From Octopus sinensis (lineage: Eukaryota): 64,000 nt of DNA. Location of the stretch: positions 17,794,001-17,858,000 of the forward strand of contig NC_043000.1 in NCBI RefSeq assembly GCF_006345805.1. The letters are read 5' to 3'. Positions 38,391 through 50,627 of the stretch are shown here, piece after piece; the stretch's first letter is position 1; every line of letters starts with the position of its first letter. A program made the translations under genes and the position numbers. The notes under the pieces were generated by a model, which was not told the DNA's origin, made no database searches, and saw nothing but the letters and a program-made list of their open reading frames with translations.

Positions 38391-38597
38391 CAGTGCTTTT
38401 CAACCTTTTTGCAGGAGCGGAACCCCAAGGAAACATTCCACTGGCTCGAGGAAACCCTGTGCAATAATTTAATAGTCTTATGCACAGGAGAATTAAAAAT
38501 TACTGCCGATTTTAGCAGTTTTGTAACTTCTTGCGGAACCCCTGGACGGTACTGGCAGAACCCTAAGGTTCCGCGGAACCCTGGTTGAAAACCACTG
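38391..38597. mobile_element. hAT MITE, 207 bp
   Basis: TIR CAGTGCTTTTCAACC / GGTTGAAAACCACTG; perfect 8-bp TSD ATTTAGAG. Confidence 0.92.
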
Positions 38598-40587
38598 ATT
38601 TAGAGTATCAGTGTTGTGTACATGTATTTGTGTGTCTGGAGTCAATTGACCGCATAGTGTTTTGGAATTGTGTTGTAGTATTCTCTGGGGTTTTGTAGAT
38701 ATGTGTGGTTATTTGTATTGAATGTACCAGTAGGGACCATACGTGGTTAGAGCTTGCTGTAGCAGCAATCTATGTCCTTTGCATTATCTTCTATTTTTTT
38801 ACTTGTTTCATTCATTGGACTGTGGCCATACTGGAGCACCGCCTTGAACTGGTTTAGTTAACTAAATCAACCCAATACTTAATTTTTTTTAGCCTGGTAC
38901 TTACTTATTTTATCAGTCTCTTATGCTGAGCCACTAAATTACAGGAATATAAGCAAACCTACGCCATTTATGTACCAGGTGTGTGGGACAAACGCACATA
39001 CACACACACACACATATATATATATCACATGATCACATGACAGGCCAGATTATCATGTTACACATCGCTGGTCACAATACACTTTGCATTGCTTTAGCTT
39101 TTGAATGATGCCACCCCACTGACTAGGTAAGCAGATGAACACCACACCCCACCGGATTGGAAGGGGGACTGGAGCAACAGGAAATTGAGTATTTTGCTCA
39201 TGTACACAATGCACCATCCATCTACCAAATCTACTCTCAAGTTGTTGGTCAGCTTAAGACTATATACAGTTGGAGACACTTTTGCTCAAGATGTTGCACA
39301 GTGGGACTGAACCCAGAACCATGTGGTTGGGAAGCAAAGTTCTTACCACACAGCCACACCTGCATCTACTACTTACGCATTTTACTTTTTCTTTCTTAAC
39401 GATGCTTTCTATGCAAACTTCACTGTTCATGAGATATTGCAGGTACATTCTAGAACTTTTGTTTACACCAGTCCCATATCAACCAGCTAGAAATCTGATT
39501 GTAACTACTAAAATAGTAGTAGCATCCACCAAATCCACTAGTTTTCATCTTACCATCAAAGAACATCAAAAACAACCAACCTTCACCGTTAACAACATAA
39601 ACATATCACACACGCACACGCACAACCACAGACATAAACAAACACAAACACACGCTCCCACGCATGCAGTAGACGAAAACACTAAGAATATAGTGTTTGT
39701 TTGTGTGTGTGTGTGTGTTTGTGATTGAAATGATGATGATGATGATGATGATGATGACGTTGATGACGAAGATACCTGAGAATAAATTACCATTTGAGAG
39801 CAACATCTAAATATATAGTCCACCCACTTCTCCAGTGTATTGTTAAATCAAAAGAACTATGAAAGAAATCTTAATGTTTGACATCTGAAACTTGTCTGGC
39901 TTGAGGTTGGAGGGCAGGGAGTTGGAGCAAGGGGTGAGCTGTGACATTTAGTGAACTACTGGCTTGGACTGGTTGGTTGGTTGGCTGGCTGGCTGGTTGT
40001 CAGGGGAAGCCTGACGCAGTTAGTTTAGTTGCTTGCTGTATTGGTAGCCTCAGATTGACTGCAAATAAAGACGTCTATAACTAAAACACACTGCATGACG
40101 ATGATGATGATGATGATGACGATGGCGATGGTGGTGGTGGTGATGATGATGATGATGATGATGGTAGTGGTGGTGGTGATGATGATGATGATGATGGTAG
40201 TGGTGGTGGTGGTGTTGCTGGTAGCTACAATAATAATAGTAATAGCAATAATAACGATTTCTTTTTTTTAATAAAAGTAATAACAATAGCAACAGTAATA
40301 AAGTGATGATGGTGTGTGTGGGGGGGGGTGCAGCAGTGTGGTGGTACTGGTGGTGGTGGTGGTGGTGGTGGTGGTAGTGGTAGTGATGTTATATTTGCCA
40401 CAAGGACATAGAAGGAAACACAGTCAGAGGTGAAGATGTCATTACTTCAAGTAAAAATATAAAAATATTCCAATTAATTATTTTAAAAAAAATCTATAAA
40501 ATTTTCCAAGTCAAATAATATGAATAATATATTATATGCCAGCATAGACAACAGGCATTAAATGATAGTAATTATATATATATATAT

Positions 40588-40664
<77 letters not shown>

Positions 40665-40801
40665 TATTTATGTTGATATATAATTATATATGTATATATA
40701 TAGAGTAATATATATATAACCCATGCTAGCATGGAAAACGGACGTTAAGCAATGATGATATAAGCAAAATAAGACTAGGTAGAAAATGCTAAAATAATTT
40801 T

Positions 40802-41108
40802 ATCATGAGGAACATTTTAGTACTGGTTCAGTCTTTATGACTTTTTCAACTTTTCGTAAAGCATGGAAAACAATTAAATTGGGGAAAAATTAAATGAAAT
40901 GTATTTTTTAAAATATTGTGAAAATGAGTAAAAGAGAGAGACAGAGACAGACAGAAAAATGGAAAATGTCCCTTGCATTTGAAAACTATGGAAATATTTT
41001 TAAAAAACATTTAATTTAATTTTTCCACAATTCAATTGTTTTTCATGTTTTACTCTAAGTTGAAAAAGTTGCAAAGACTGAAACCGGTACTAAAATGTTC
41101 TTCATGAT
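40802..41108. mobile_element. Foldback/MITE with ~116-bp imperfect TIRs, unclassified
   Basis: 40802-40917 is an approximate reverse complement of 40993-41108; no clear TSD. Confidence 0.72.
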
Positions 41109-41227
41109 TTCCTTTTCAACCTTCTGCATATATATATATCACACACAAATATACATATACACTTGTTGCCAGTTCAAATATGCTTGAGATGTATTTAAAC
41201 CTGTAAGAAATTCATTCACTATATCTT

Positions 41228-41485
41228 GTCAGATTGCACTGTCCTTAGACTGACACCCAAACACTCAGAAATGTTTGTATTGGAGCTTCCAGCATGAATG
41301 CCAAGCAATACAGCGTGTCGCTACCAAATTTCTGGCAGTGTGAATTGAGTAAAGGTGCTGTTCTTTTCACAGACAGTGCCCAACTGACCCTACTATACTG
41401 TGTAGTTCACAAAATCAAAAACAAAGAATGCGCATATGCAAAATTAAAAATATAAAATGGTGACAATTTAACACATCGCACCCTG
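41228..41485 (-). mobile_element. 5' fragment of the maT-like element (inverted copy of about 42658-42915)
   Basis: Reverse complement aligns with the left TIR and ORF start of 42658-43549; ends TA|CAGGGTG. Confidence 0.88.
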
Positions 41486-42013
41486 TATATATATGTGTGT
41501 GTGTGTGTGTGAAGTTTCTTGTAGACAAATATGTATAAGTACATCGAGTCAGGTTCACAGTGCTCCCACCAGTCATGACAAAATACAGTGAATGGCTTTC
41601 TTACATTTCCAAATGTATCTCAAGCATACTTGAAATGGTAACAAGTTTGTATTTAGACACATCACTGCTTAACGCTGTCACCCTGTATTTTATTTATGGC
41701 AACCCTCTGAATAGTACAACCAGTCATTGAATGATGAAGGGAATATCGAAAGAGGGACCTGTCTCTTGTGTCATTTTGTAGTGTCTACCTCTCTAGTCTC
41801 TGTAGCTGAAGAGCAGATAACCATTCTGAAATACATGTATCCAACAGTCTGGTTAGTGGATGTTGTGAGCTGAATCAGTTATTTACACCTGTTTGTTTAT
41901 GGTGAGAAATTTTCTCCATGACAAAAGACAGTGAAAAAGCTTTCTATGCCTCAAGCATAGTTGAAATGGTAACAGGTTTGAATTTCTAAGAATCACTGTT
42001 TAGTGCTGTCACT

Positions 42014-42068
<55 letters not shown>

Positions 42069-42144
42069 ATATACTGGAGTAAACACATAAATGTGAAACA
42101 AGGTGGAAAAAAGAGTACTCAAATACCAGTGGTAGAGTAACATG

Positions 42145-42302
42145 CTTTATTTAAAGCAGCAGAAAATTCAACAAAACCTGTTACTCTGAGTTTCACGTTG
42201 CCGTTCGTCGGACAGTTTTTTCTACCAAAAACTGTCCGACGAACGGCAACGTGAAACTCAGAGTAACAGGTTTTGTTGAATTTTCTACTGCTTTAAATAA
42301 AG
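42145..42302. repeat. 76-bp near-perfect inverted repeat with a hammerhead-like motif in each arm
   Basis: Arms 42145-42220 and 42227-42302 (one mismatch), loop TCTACC; motif CUGU-CCGACGA-ACG(GCAA)CGU-GAAA-CUC-A-GAG-UA-ACAG at 42232-42269 (+) and 42178-42215 (-). Confidence 0.9.
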
Positions 42303-42607
42303 TATATATATATATATGAGGAGGGGATCCCCTTCTGTCATGAATGACCATGGGACTGCACCTAGAAAGTTACCCTCCGAGGCACAAGTCAGGGCAAGAT
42401 TGTTTGTGGAAGGCTAGCAGTCGCCCATGCATACCAGCCTCCCCTCTCCACACCACTGATGTCACAATTCATTTCTACAGCTGAGTTAACTGGAGCAACG
42501 TGAAATAAAGTGTCTTGCTCAAGAACACAACACACAGCCTAGTCCAGGAATGAAACTCACTACCTTGTGTTTGTGAGCTCGATGCTCAAGTCACTGAGCC
42601 ATGCGCC

Positions 42608-42657
<50 letters not shown>

Positions 42658-43549
42658 CAGGGTGCAATGGGTTAAATTGTCGCCATTTTATATTTTTAAT
42701 TTTGCATATGCGCATTCTTTGTTTTTGATTTTGTAAACTACACAGTATAGTAGGGTCAGTTGGGCACCATCTGAGAGAAAAACAGCACCATGACACAATT
42801 CACACTGCCAGAAATTTGGTAACGACATGCTGTACTGCTTGGCATTCATGCTGGAAACTCCAATACAAACATTTCTGAGTGTTTGGGTGTCAGTCTAAGG
42901 ACAGTGCAATCTGAGGACATCTGCCAAGAGGGATAAAAATCAAACATACAGTCAACATCATGGTGTTTGGAGTGATCACTAGTGATGGTGACTTTATGCC
43001 TCCATTCATCTTCCCGCACAGCCTCAGACTCAACTTGGAGGCCTACATCAAGTGTCTGGAGAAGGTAGTGCTGCCCTAGGTCAAGAGGGTGGTTGCTGGA
43101 AGACCCTTTTATCTGGCAACAGGACTCTGCACCATGCCACACAAGTAGGAGAACCCAGTCGTAGCTGTCAGACAATTTCTGCGACCACACCACCCCTAAT
43201 ATTTAGCCACCTAACTCCCCAGACTGGAACCCGGTTGATTATTATGTGTGGAGTGCTATTGAGTGAGAGACCAACAAAACTCCTTGTAACACCATAGATG
43301 AACTGAAGGCAAGGATTATGGTAGCATTCACCAACTTACACAAGGAGACCATCTAGAAAAGTTGTAGGTGATTCCAAAGTCATTTGGAGGCCATAGTTTG
43401 AGCCAATGGGCATTTTATTGAATAAATTTTCTCTTTAGTATTTCAAGATATTTTTATGTAATTTTGGTAAATATATCTATTAAAATGAGATAATCAGTGT
43501 TATTTTCGTTTTTGTATAATTTAGACGACAGTTTATTCACCGCATCCTG
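42658..43549 (+). mobile_element. maT-like (DD37D) transposon, internally deleted, 892 bp
   Basis: TA TSDs; ~26-bp imperfect TIRs CAGGGTGC / GCATCCTG; pseudo-ORF 42790-43425 with IMVFGVI, WQQDSAPCH and PPNSPDWNPVDYYVW, 37 residues between the last two D. Confidence 0.9.
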
Positions 43550-43699
43550 TATACGGATGTGCGCACACACGCACACACACACACATGTATATACATGTAT
43601 ATATATAATATGTATATATGTGCATGTGTGTACATGTATACATATATATAATGTTTGTGTGTATGTGTGTGTGTATATAATATATGAAGTGTACAGTGT

Positions 43700-43700
43700 G

Positions 43701-43743
<43 letters not shown>

Positions 43744-43786
43744 ATATATATGTATATAAAATATATATATATACATTAATATAATC

Positions 43787-43829
<43 letters not shown>

Positions 43830-43879
43830 ATATATATGTATATAAATTATATATTATACATTTATATAATCTATGTGTG

Positions 43880-43913
<34 letters not shown>

Positions 43914-43959
43914 ATATATATGTATATAAATTATATATATTATACATTTATATAATCTA

Positions 43960-44004
<45 letters not shown>

Positions 44005-44170
44005 ATATATATGTATATAAAATATATATTATATATGTATACATTTATATAATCTATGTGTGTGTGTATATATATATATAGCCATATATAAGTATATAAA
44101 ATATAAATTATATATGTATACATTTATATAATCTATGTGTGTGTATATATATATATATATATGTGTGTGT
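43700..44170. repeat. Higher-order minisatellite (~85-95 bp period, about six units) built from (TA)n/(TG)n
   Basis: Recurring ATCT(A/G)TGTGTG-(TA)n-TCCATATATATGTATATAAA...ACATT. Confidence 0.85.
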
Positions 44171-44504
44171 ATATGATATATATATGTATGTGTGTCTGTG
44201 TGTGTATAGTTATATGTATGTGTGCAGTGATGTAATATCCCAGAGGGATGAATGGAGTTATTTACATAAGACAAATCAGCTCCCTGGCCCAACCCTTCAC
44301 TGTAATTGCCATTAACATTAAAACAAAATGCCTTTTCCCTGCTGTCAGCTTACAAACACAAGTTGAGAGAAGAGAGACATTCAGACAAGACTAACTCCAA
44401 AACTCTCTCCACTTTTCAATCACCTTTTCATGAAATATACTGGAGGTCAGGACTTCTCTAGCTACCTCCACTTTTCTTTTGATACTGGAAGTCTAGTAAT
44501 GGTA

Positions 44505-44538
<34 letters not shown>

Positions 44539-44919
44539 GGTAGTAATACTACTAATAGTAACGATGGGAAAGAGGCTTAGGTCTTTCTTTTTTTTTTTCC
44601 TTGATTTTTACTTTTTGTTTTTCCTTTTTTTTTTATATTGTTATATTTTTGTGTTGGAAAGTTTTCAAAACAACATCTTCAGAATCTTTTTCTAGCTGTC
44701 TTTACAGCTTATTCTGTATGCTTGTCTGACTATCTGTTTTTCTGTCTGTCTGTATGTCTGTCTGTATGTCTGTCTGTCTGTCTGCCTGCCTGCCTGTCCG
44801 TCTGTCTGCCAGCCTGCCTGTCTATCTGTCTCGGCTCTCTTTCCCTCTGTCTGGCACTCTGTCTATCTGTCACTTCTCTCTCACTCACTCTGTTATTCTG
44901 TTTATCTTCTTTCTCTCTT

Positions 44920-44957
<38 letters not shown>

Positions 44958-45174
44958 TCTCTTGCTATATATATACATGTGTGTCTGTGTGTGTGTATGT
45001 GTGTATTTCTCTCTCTATCTCTTTCTCCTCCTCCTCTGTCTGTCTCAATCTATCCATCTTCTTCCTCAGATCAATAATTTATATGGTTTACTCATTTCAT
45101 ATTGCTTCCATTGATTTCTGTCTGTATTTAGAAAGCATTAGATTGTTGTTGGTATTATTCTTATTCTCAAGAAA

Positions 45175-45214
<40 letters not shown>

Positions 45215-45479
45215 AATGTTTTGGGTTATTTTATTAATTTATTTATTTTTTGCTTGGCTTTTCCTTCTCATTGATTTCATTTTCAGAAAGGTAAATTGTA
45301 GCTTTCTGTCAGAATTTTTCCAAGGTAAATGTCATAGATGGCTGTTACTGTTATCTGGTTTACACCTTCAGAATTGCTATCTTAATACTATTGTAATCCT
45401 TACCAATTATTGTATTGACTGCCTATAAAAGGCTATAAACACTCCTCTAAGACATAAACAATCCCCTTCTCTAACCAAA

Positions 45480-46915
45480 GTGCTTCTCTCAATCACCATC
45501 ATCATTCATTATATGTATGTTATTTCTCTGCTTGGATGGGTTGGATATGTCTTTTTCAGCATAATGTTTCACTCCTTGTGGCCCTTTATCATATCATTGG
45601 TGGGATTCAGCTTCTTAAGATCAGCATTCACTAACCCTTCCTTTTCTACAGGTTACTTCTACTTAGATCTCTTGGCTCTTCTGTACTCAACTGTCATCCA
45701 TTATATGCACCATGCATTCATACCAGTTCAAGCTTCTCTTATGTACTTTACACATAATTCCTCTTACGCCCAGTTTTCTTTTCAGATTATTTGTTCTCTG
45801 TCATTCAAGCACACTAACTCTAGTAGAATATGTTTGTCTAATTTTTTTCCAACCTTTGCACATCCTATGCATTCAGTGCCCGTATGTCTCTACCATGTAA
45901 TATCATACTTCATACAATCTGCCCTTCACTCATTAAGAAAATCCCTTTGTCACCAGCAGAGGTTATAGCTCACTGATCTTTTCCCATTTTGTTCTGGTTA
46001 CTATGGTTTTAGACAACCCATCACCACTATTAATTTCGTTTACCTAGGTAACAGAAACTGTCAATTACTTTTAGTAAGACACCCAGACATTTCAAAGAAC
46101 TTAATTTTTAGGTACTCTTACTGCTAACTACTCTTATGTATCTTTCTGTCAGCCTGCCAATGATTTTACTGCATTTCTTTTACATCATAGTTTATATTAG
46201 GTGCATAGTACTGAATTTCTGCTTCTTTCTGCATATAGCACATACCCATTTCTCAGGTGGTAGTAGAGTCCTGCCTTCTTTAAGATCCCAATTCAACATT
46301 TGGTATTGCTTCTCTAATTCTTCAATAGATTCAGCTATCAGAGATAGGTCATTGGTATACAAAGGTTCCCATGGACAGTTGATCTTAAATTCCTCTTGAA
46401 TGACCTGGAGAATTATAATAAAGAAGAGGAGGCTGAGAATCAAATGCTGGTTGACTCCTACCTACACAATGCTACCTATCAAATGCTGGTTGACTCCTAC
46501 CTACACAATGCTACCTATCAAATGCTGGTTGACACCTACTTCACTGAACTCATTGCTAGCAGAGCTTACTGACATAATCTCTGTGCATAGCTTTCATAGC
46601 TCTCACCATCCTTTCATTTACACCTAGTTTCCTTAACAACTATCAGAGTGTGGTGGCCTTTCAAAAGCCTTCTTGAGATCAATAAATTCTCTATGTAGTA
46701 GCTTGTTCCTAGCTAACAGCTTTTCCTGTATTTATTTTTCTAAGAAGAAAGTATTAACAGTACCCTGCCCTTGTATAAAACCCAGACTGCATCTCACTTA
46801 AGTTAATCCTCTTCATAATTAGTTGTATTATAACTCTTTCTGTTACTTTCATAACTTGGATTATCAGTTTAATGCCTCTGGAGTTACTGCTTTCTGGATC
46901 ATCTCTTTTGCCTTT
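45480..46915 (-). pseudogene. RTE-clade LINE relic (RT domain to C-terminal region)
   Basis: Across stops and frameshifts: RGIKLIIQVMKVTERVI, FIDLKKAFE, EEFKINCPWEPLYTNDL (YADD equivalent), KWVCAICRK, LLVTKGF, RKLGVRGI; 39-bp tandem repeat at 46439-46540. Confidence 0.85.
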
Positions 46916-47671
46916 GTAGCAGAGTTTTTTTTGTTTTCATATACTTACTAAGTTTGGAAAAAGAGGCAGTGCTCATGGCCTGTGCAAAACCCTCTGAGAC
47001 TGGTGAAATTGATGCTGTTAATATTCTGTTTAAACTGTTGCAGTTCAACACTTGCAAGAAAAACATGAGCAGGGAGAATATTGCAGAGGGATGATGTTCT
47101 AAAGAGGAAGGACTGGCCAAAGTGGTTAATGCTGAGTCAAGGGCATTGGACACAACTAGGTTTAAGAGAGTTGGAGAGTCGGATCCACTGTAGATGTGCC
47201 AGTGACTGTTCAATAGTGTTCACACATCAACAATACTTGTACTAATAATAGTAATGTCATGGAAGACAGAGCCTGATGCAAATAGAGAACAAATACAGAG
47301 TAAAAACAGCAGAATTAGAACAATAGTGAGATGCAAGCAAATGGAAATGGATCAGTGTATTAAGGAAATATATAGAAAAAAAAGTAGGGAAGTACTTGAC
47401 TGAGTACTTTATTCTGTTGACCCCAGAAGGGAAAAAGCAAAACAGCACATGCATTTTGCCTGATGCTCTAATGGTTTTCTCTAATAATAATCCTTTTTAC
47501 TATAGGCTCAAGGTCTGAAATTTTGTGGGATAGTTAATTACACTGGCCCCAGTACTCATCTGATGAAAGGCAAATTTGACCTTGGTGGAATTTGAACTTA
47601 GAACATAGAGACAGATGAAATGCTGTTAAGCATTTTGCCTGGTGGACTAATGATTCCATCAGTTCACTGCC

Positions 47672-47878
47672 TTCTTCTTTTTCTTCTTCTTCTTCTTCTT
47701 CTTCTTCTTCTTCTTCTTCTTCTTCTTCTTCTTCTTCTTCTTCTTCTTCTTCTTCTGCTTCTTCTCTCTTCTTCTTCTTCTTCTTCTTCTTCTTCTTCTT
47801 CTTCTTCTTCTTCCTTCTTTCTCTTCTTTTTCTTCTTTTCGTCTTCTTCTTCTTCTTCCTCCTCCTCCTCTTCCTCCT

Positions 47879-47909
<31 letters not shown>

Positions 47910-47926
47910 AGGAGGAGGAGGAGGAG
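47672..47926. repeat. Compound triplet repeat (TTC)n-(TCC)n-(TGC)n-(TGA)n-(GGA)n
   Basis: Directly visible; source of the poly-E/K/R/S ORFs. Confidence 0.97.
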
Positions 47927-48261
47927 ATGGAGTCCCACTGCATGGCACTTTAGGCAAGTGTCTTCTGCTATAGCCCCGGGCCGACCAAAGCCTTGTGAGT
48001 GGATTTGGTAGACGGAAACTGAAAGAAGCCCGTCATATATATGTGTGTGTGTGTGTATATGTTTGTGTGTCTGTTTGTACCCCCAACATCGCTTGACCAC
48101 CGATGCTGGTGTGTTTACGCCACCATAAATTAGCGGTTTGGCAAAAGAGACTGATAGAATAAGTACTACGCTTACAAAGAATAAGTCCTGGGGTTGATTT
48201 GCTCGACTAAAGGCAGTGCTCCAGCATGGCCACAGTAAAATGACTGAAACAAGTAAAAGCG

Positions 48262-49091
48262 TAATATGAACACAGACCAGAGGCTGTGATAGAAAATGAG
48301 AATTACAAGATCTTGTGGGATTTCCCCATAAAGACTGACTATACTATTGAAACAAGAAGACTGGATATGTTCATAGAGGACAAAATAAACAAACAGTGTA
48401 AGATCAGAGATTTTGCAATTCCCTTTGATAGCAGAGCTGATACAAAAAAGTGGAGGCGCAATGGCCCAGTGGTTAGGGCAGCGGACTCGCAGTTTCGATT
48501 CCCAGACCGGGCGTTGAGGCTCCGGCAGGGGATGGTGGTGATCCCTGCTGTACTCTTTCACCACAACTTTCTCTCACTCTTACTTCCTGTTTCTGTTGTA
48601 CCTGTATTTCAAAGGGCCGGCCTTGTCACTCTCTGTGTCACGCTGAATATTCCCGAGAACTACGTTAAGGGTACACGTGTCTGTGGAGTGCTCAGCCACT
48701 TACACGTTAATTTCATGAGCAGCTGTTCCGTTGATTCGGATCAACCGGAACCCTCGTCGTCGTAACCGACGGAGTGCTTCCATGATACAAAAAAAGAGAG
48801 AGAGAGAGAGAAAATTGAAAAATAGAAGGATCTAGCCTGAGAGCTGAGGAGACTATGGAATACCAAGACAATACTATTATTCCTAATAGTAATTGGTGCA
48901 CTTGGCACAACAGCAAAAAAGGCTATCTAAAAGACTGAAAGAGATTGGAATTGAAATTTGCATTGTTGATCTGTAGAAAAGTACCATCCTATATTCTCCT
49001 AGAATTCTAAAGAAAATTCCTGAGACTTAAGGAGACTTGTTACAAAATATAAAGACAGAATAACTGCTAACTAAATTAGCATGCACTAGCA
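48262..49091 (+). pseudogene. 3' end of an RLE-type LINE (R4/Dong- or NeSL-like), interrupted by SINE B
   Basis: ENENYKILWDFPIKTD...RRLDMFIEDK...CKIRDFAIPFD [SINE] EKIEK*KDLA*ELRRLWN...IVIGALG...RILKKI; followed by (TAA)n. Confidence 0.85.
48451..48782 (+). mobile_element. SINE family B with two internal deletions
   Basis: TSD TGATACAAAAAA(A)G at 48438-48450 and 48783-48796. Confidence 0.92.
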
Positions 49092-49115
49092 TAATAATGA
49101 TAATAATAATAATAA

Positions 49116-49671
49116 ATGCCCTGATGCAGTACCTGGCAGTGGCTCTCGTGGTTTCTGATCTTAACTGATTGGAAGTGTCATCATGTACATTGTTTTGTCT
49201 TGGTATAAAAGATGGGCTACAGCAAATATTCTGCTCAATACCACAGATTTGATTGTCAGTTGTTTGACCTTAACCAGTTGAGCATGTCCCTTAGTGGCTG
49301 ACGATATGTGCATCTCTGATCACGAGCAGAAGTAGTGGGGGAGCATCATAGCCATGTGTTGAGAGGAATTCTTTGGGGTTTGGATAATTCACCTCTGGAA
49401 ATATAGATGTTTTGTTCAACAGCCTTAAACAACCCTTATTCAAGGACCTTTTGAGTGGGATGGGCTACTTGACTAGAAGAAAATTCTAATTGGGCCCCAC
49501 CTGCAAGGTCATGCGCTGTTTATATTGATATGAGATCACCATGTGGTGCACATATGGTTGTGATGCATGTGCCTGGTGTACCCTTATCAGACGGGTAGTC
49601 ATGATGGGTATACTGGGCTTCGTATATTTTACCCCAGTGTCACTTTGATGTCATGCACTACTCTCTCACTC
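49116..49671 (+). mobile_element. Family E element, copy 2, in a (TAA)n tract
   Basis: (TAA)n on both sides; matches the reverse complement of 6153-6700. Confidence 0.8.
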
Positions 49672-50242
49672 AACAATAATAATAATAATTTCCACACAGC
49701 CACTCCTGCACCTACTGTAACTGAATAAATTAAGAGAAGTTCAAAGAAATTAAGAATAAGGCAAAAAGGTTAAAATTTTGTTTTTCTTTTAATAAATCTC
49801 AGAAATCACTTAAAGAAAACATTCTTAACAAGCTTAAAAAAAACTTTAAAAAAACTTCAAAACCAGCACATTATATGGATTCTGCCCAGCTCTCTAATAA
49901 GGATTTGTAACATAGATACCAGGCCATAAACTTACTAAGGGCAGGATAGAAAAAGGGTAAAGACCCCCTTCAGTCATGCATGACCATGAGATTTCACCCT
50001 AGAAAGGCAAAGCTCTATTGGCAAAGGCTGATACAGCTTGACACCAGTGATGTCACATCTCATTTCTATAACTGAGCAAACTGGAGCAATGTGAAATAAA
50101 GTGTCTTGCTCAAGAACACAACACAGCCTAGTTTGGGAATCAAACTCACTACCTCATGATTGTGAGCTCAATGCTCTAACCTCTGAGCTATGTGCCTCCA
50201 CAAAGGTGGGACAGAGCTGATCAAATAAATTTCCTGTATATT

Positions 50243-50627
50243 GGTTGGAAGCACTCCGTCGGTTACGACGACAAGGGTTCCGGTTGATCCGATCAACGGA
50301 ACAGCCTGCTTGTGAAATTAACGTGTAAGTGGCTGAGCACTCCACAGACACGTGTACTCTTAACGTAGTTCTCGGGGATATTCAGCGTGACACAGAGAGT
50401 GACAAGGCTGGCCCCTTGAAATACAGGTACAACAGAAACAGGAAGTAAGAGTGAGAGAAAGTTGTGGTGAAAGAGTACAGCAGGGATCACCACCATCCCC
50501 TGCCGGAGCCTCGTGGAGCTTTAGGTGTTTTTGCTCAATAAACACTCACAACGCCCGGTCTGGGAATCGAAACCGCGATCCCACGACCGCGAGTCCGCTG
50601 CCCTAACCACTGGGCTATTGCGCCTCC
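50243..50627 (-). mobile_element. SINE family B, full length
   Basis: 12-bp TSD TTCCTGTATATT at 50231-50242 and 50628-50639. Confidence 0.93.

Noticed and set aside
39270-39728. 152-aa plus-strand ORF
   Set aside because: Begins in a SINE A remnant and ends in (CA)n/(TG)n repeats; no recognisable homology.
40050-40380. Poly-His ORF (40050..40292) and a SINE-poor stretch that could be a 5' UTR or promoter region
   Set aside because: The ORF is a (GAT/GGT)n repeat; no recognisable domain, splice-supported exon or promoter element can be shown from sequence.
45480-45968. 162-aa hydrophobic plus-strand ORF resembling a membrane protein
   Set aside because: It is the antisense frame of the decayed RTE LINE on the minus strand.
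47534-48100. 188-aa poly-K/E/R ORF and overlapping poly-L/S ORFs
   Set aside because: Read through a (TTC)n compound triplet repeat and SINE sequence.
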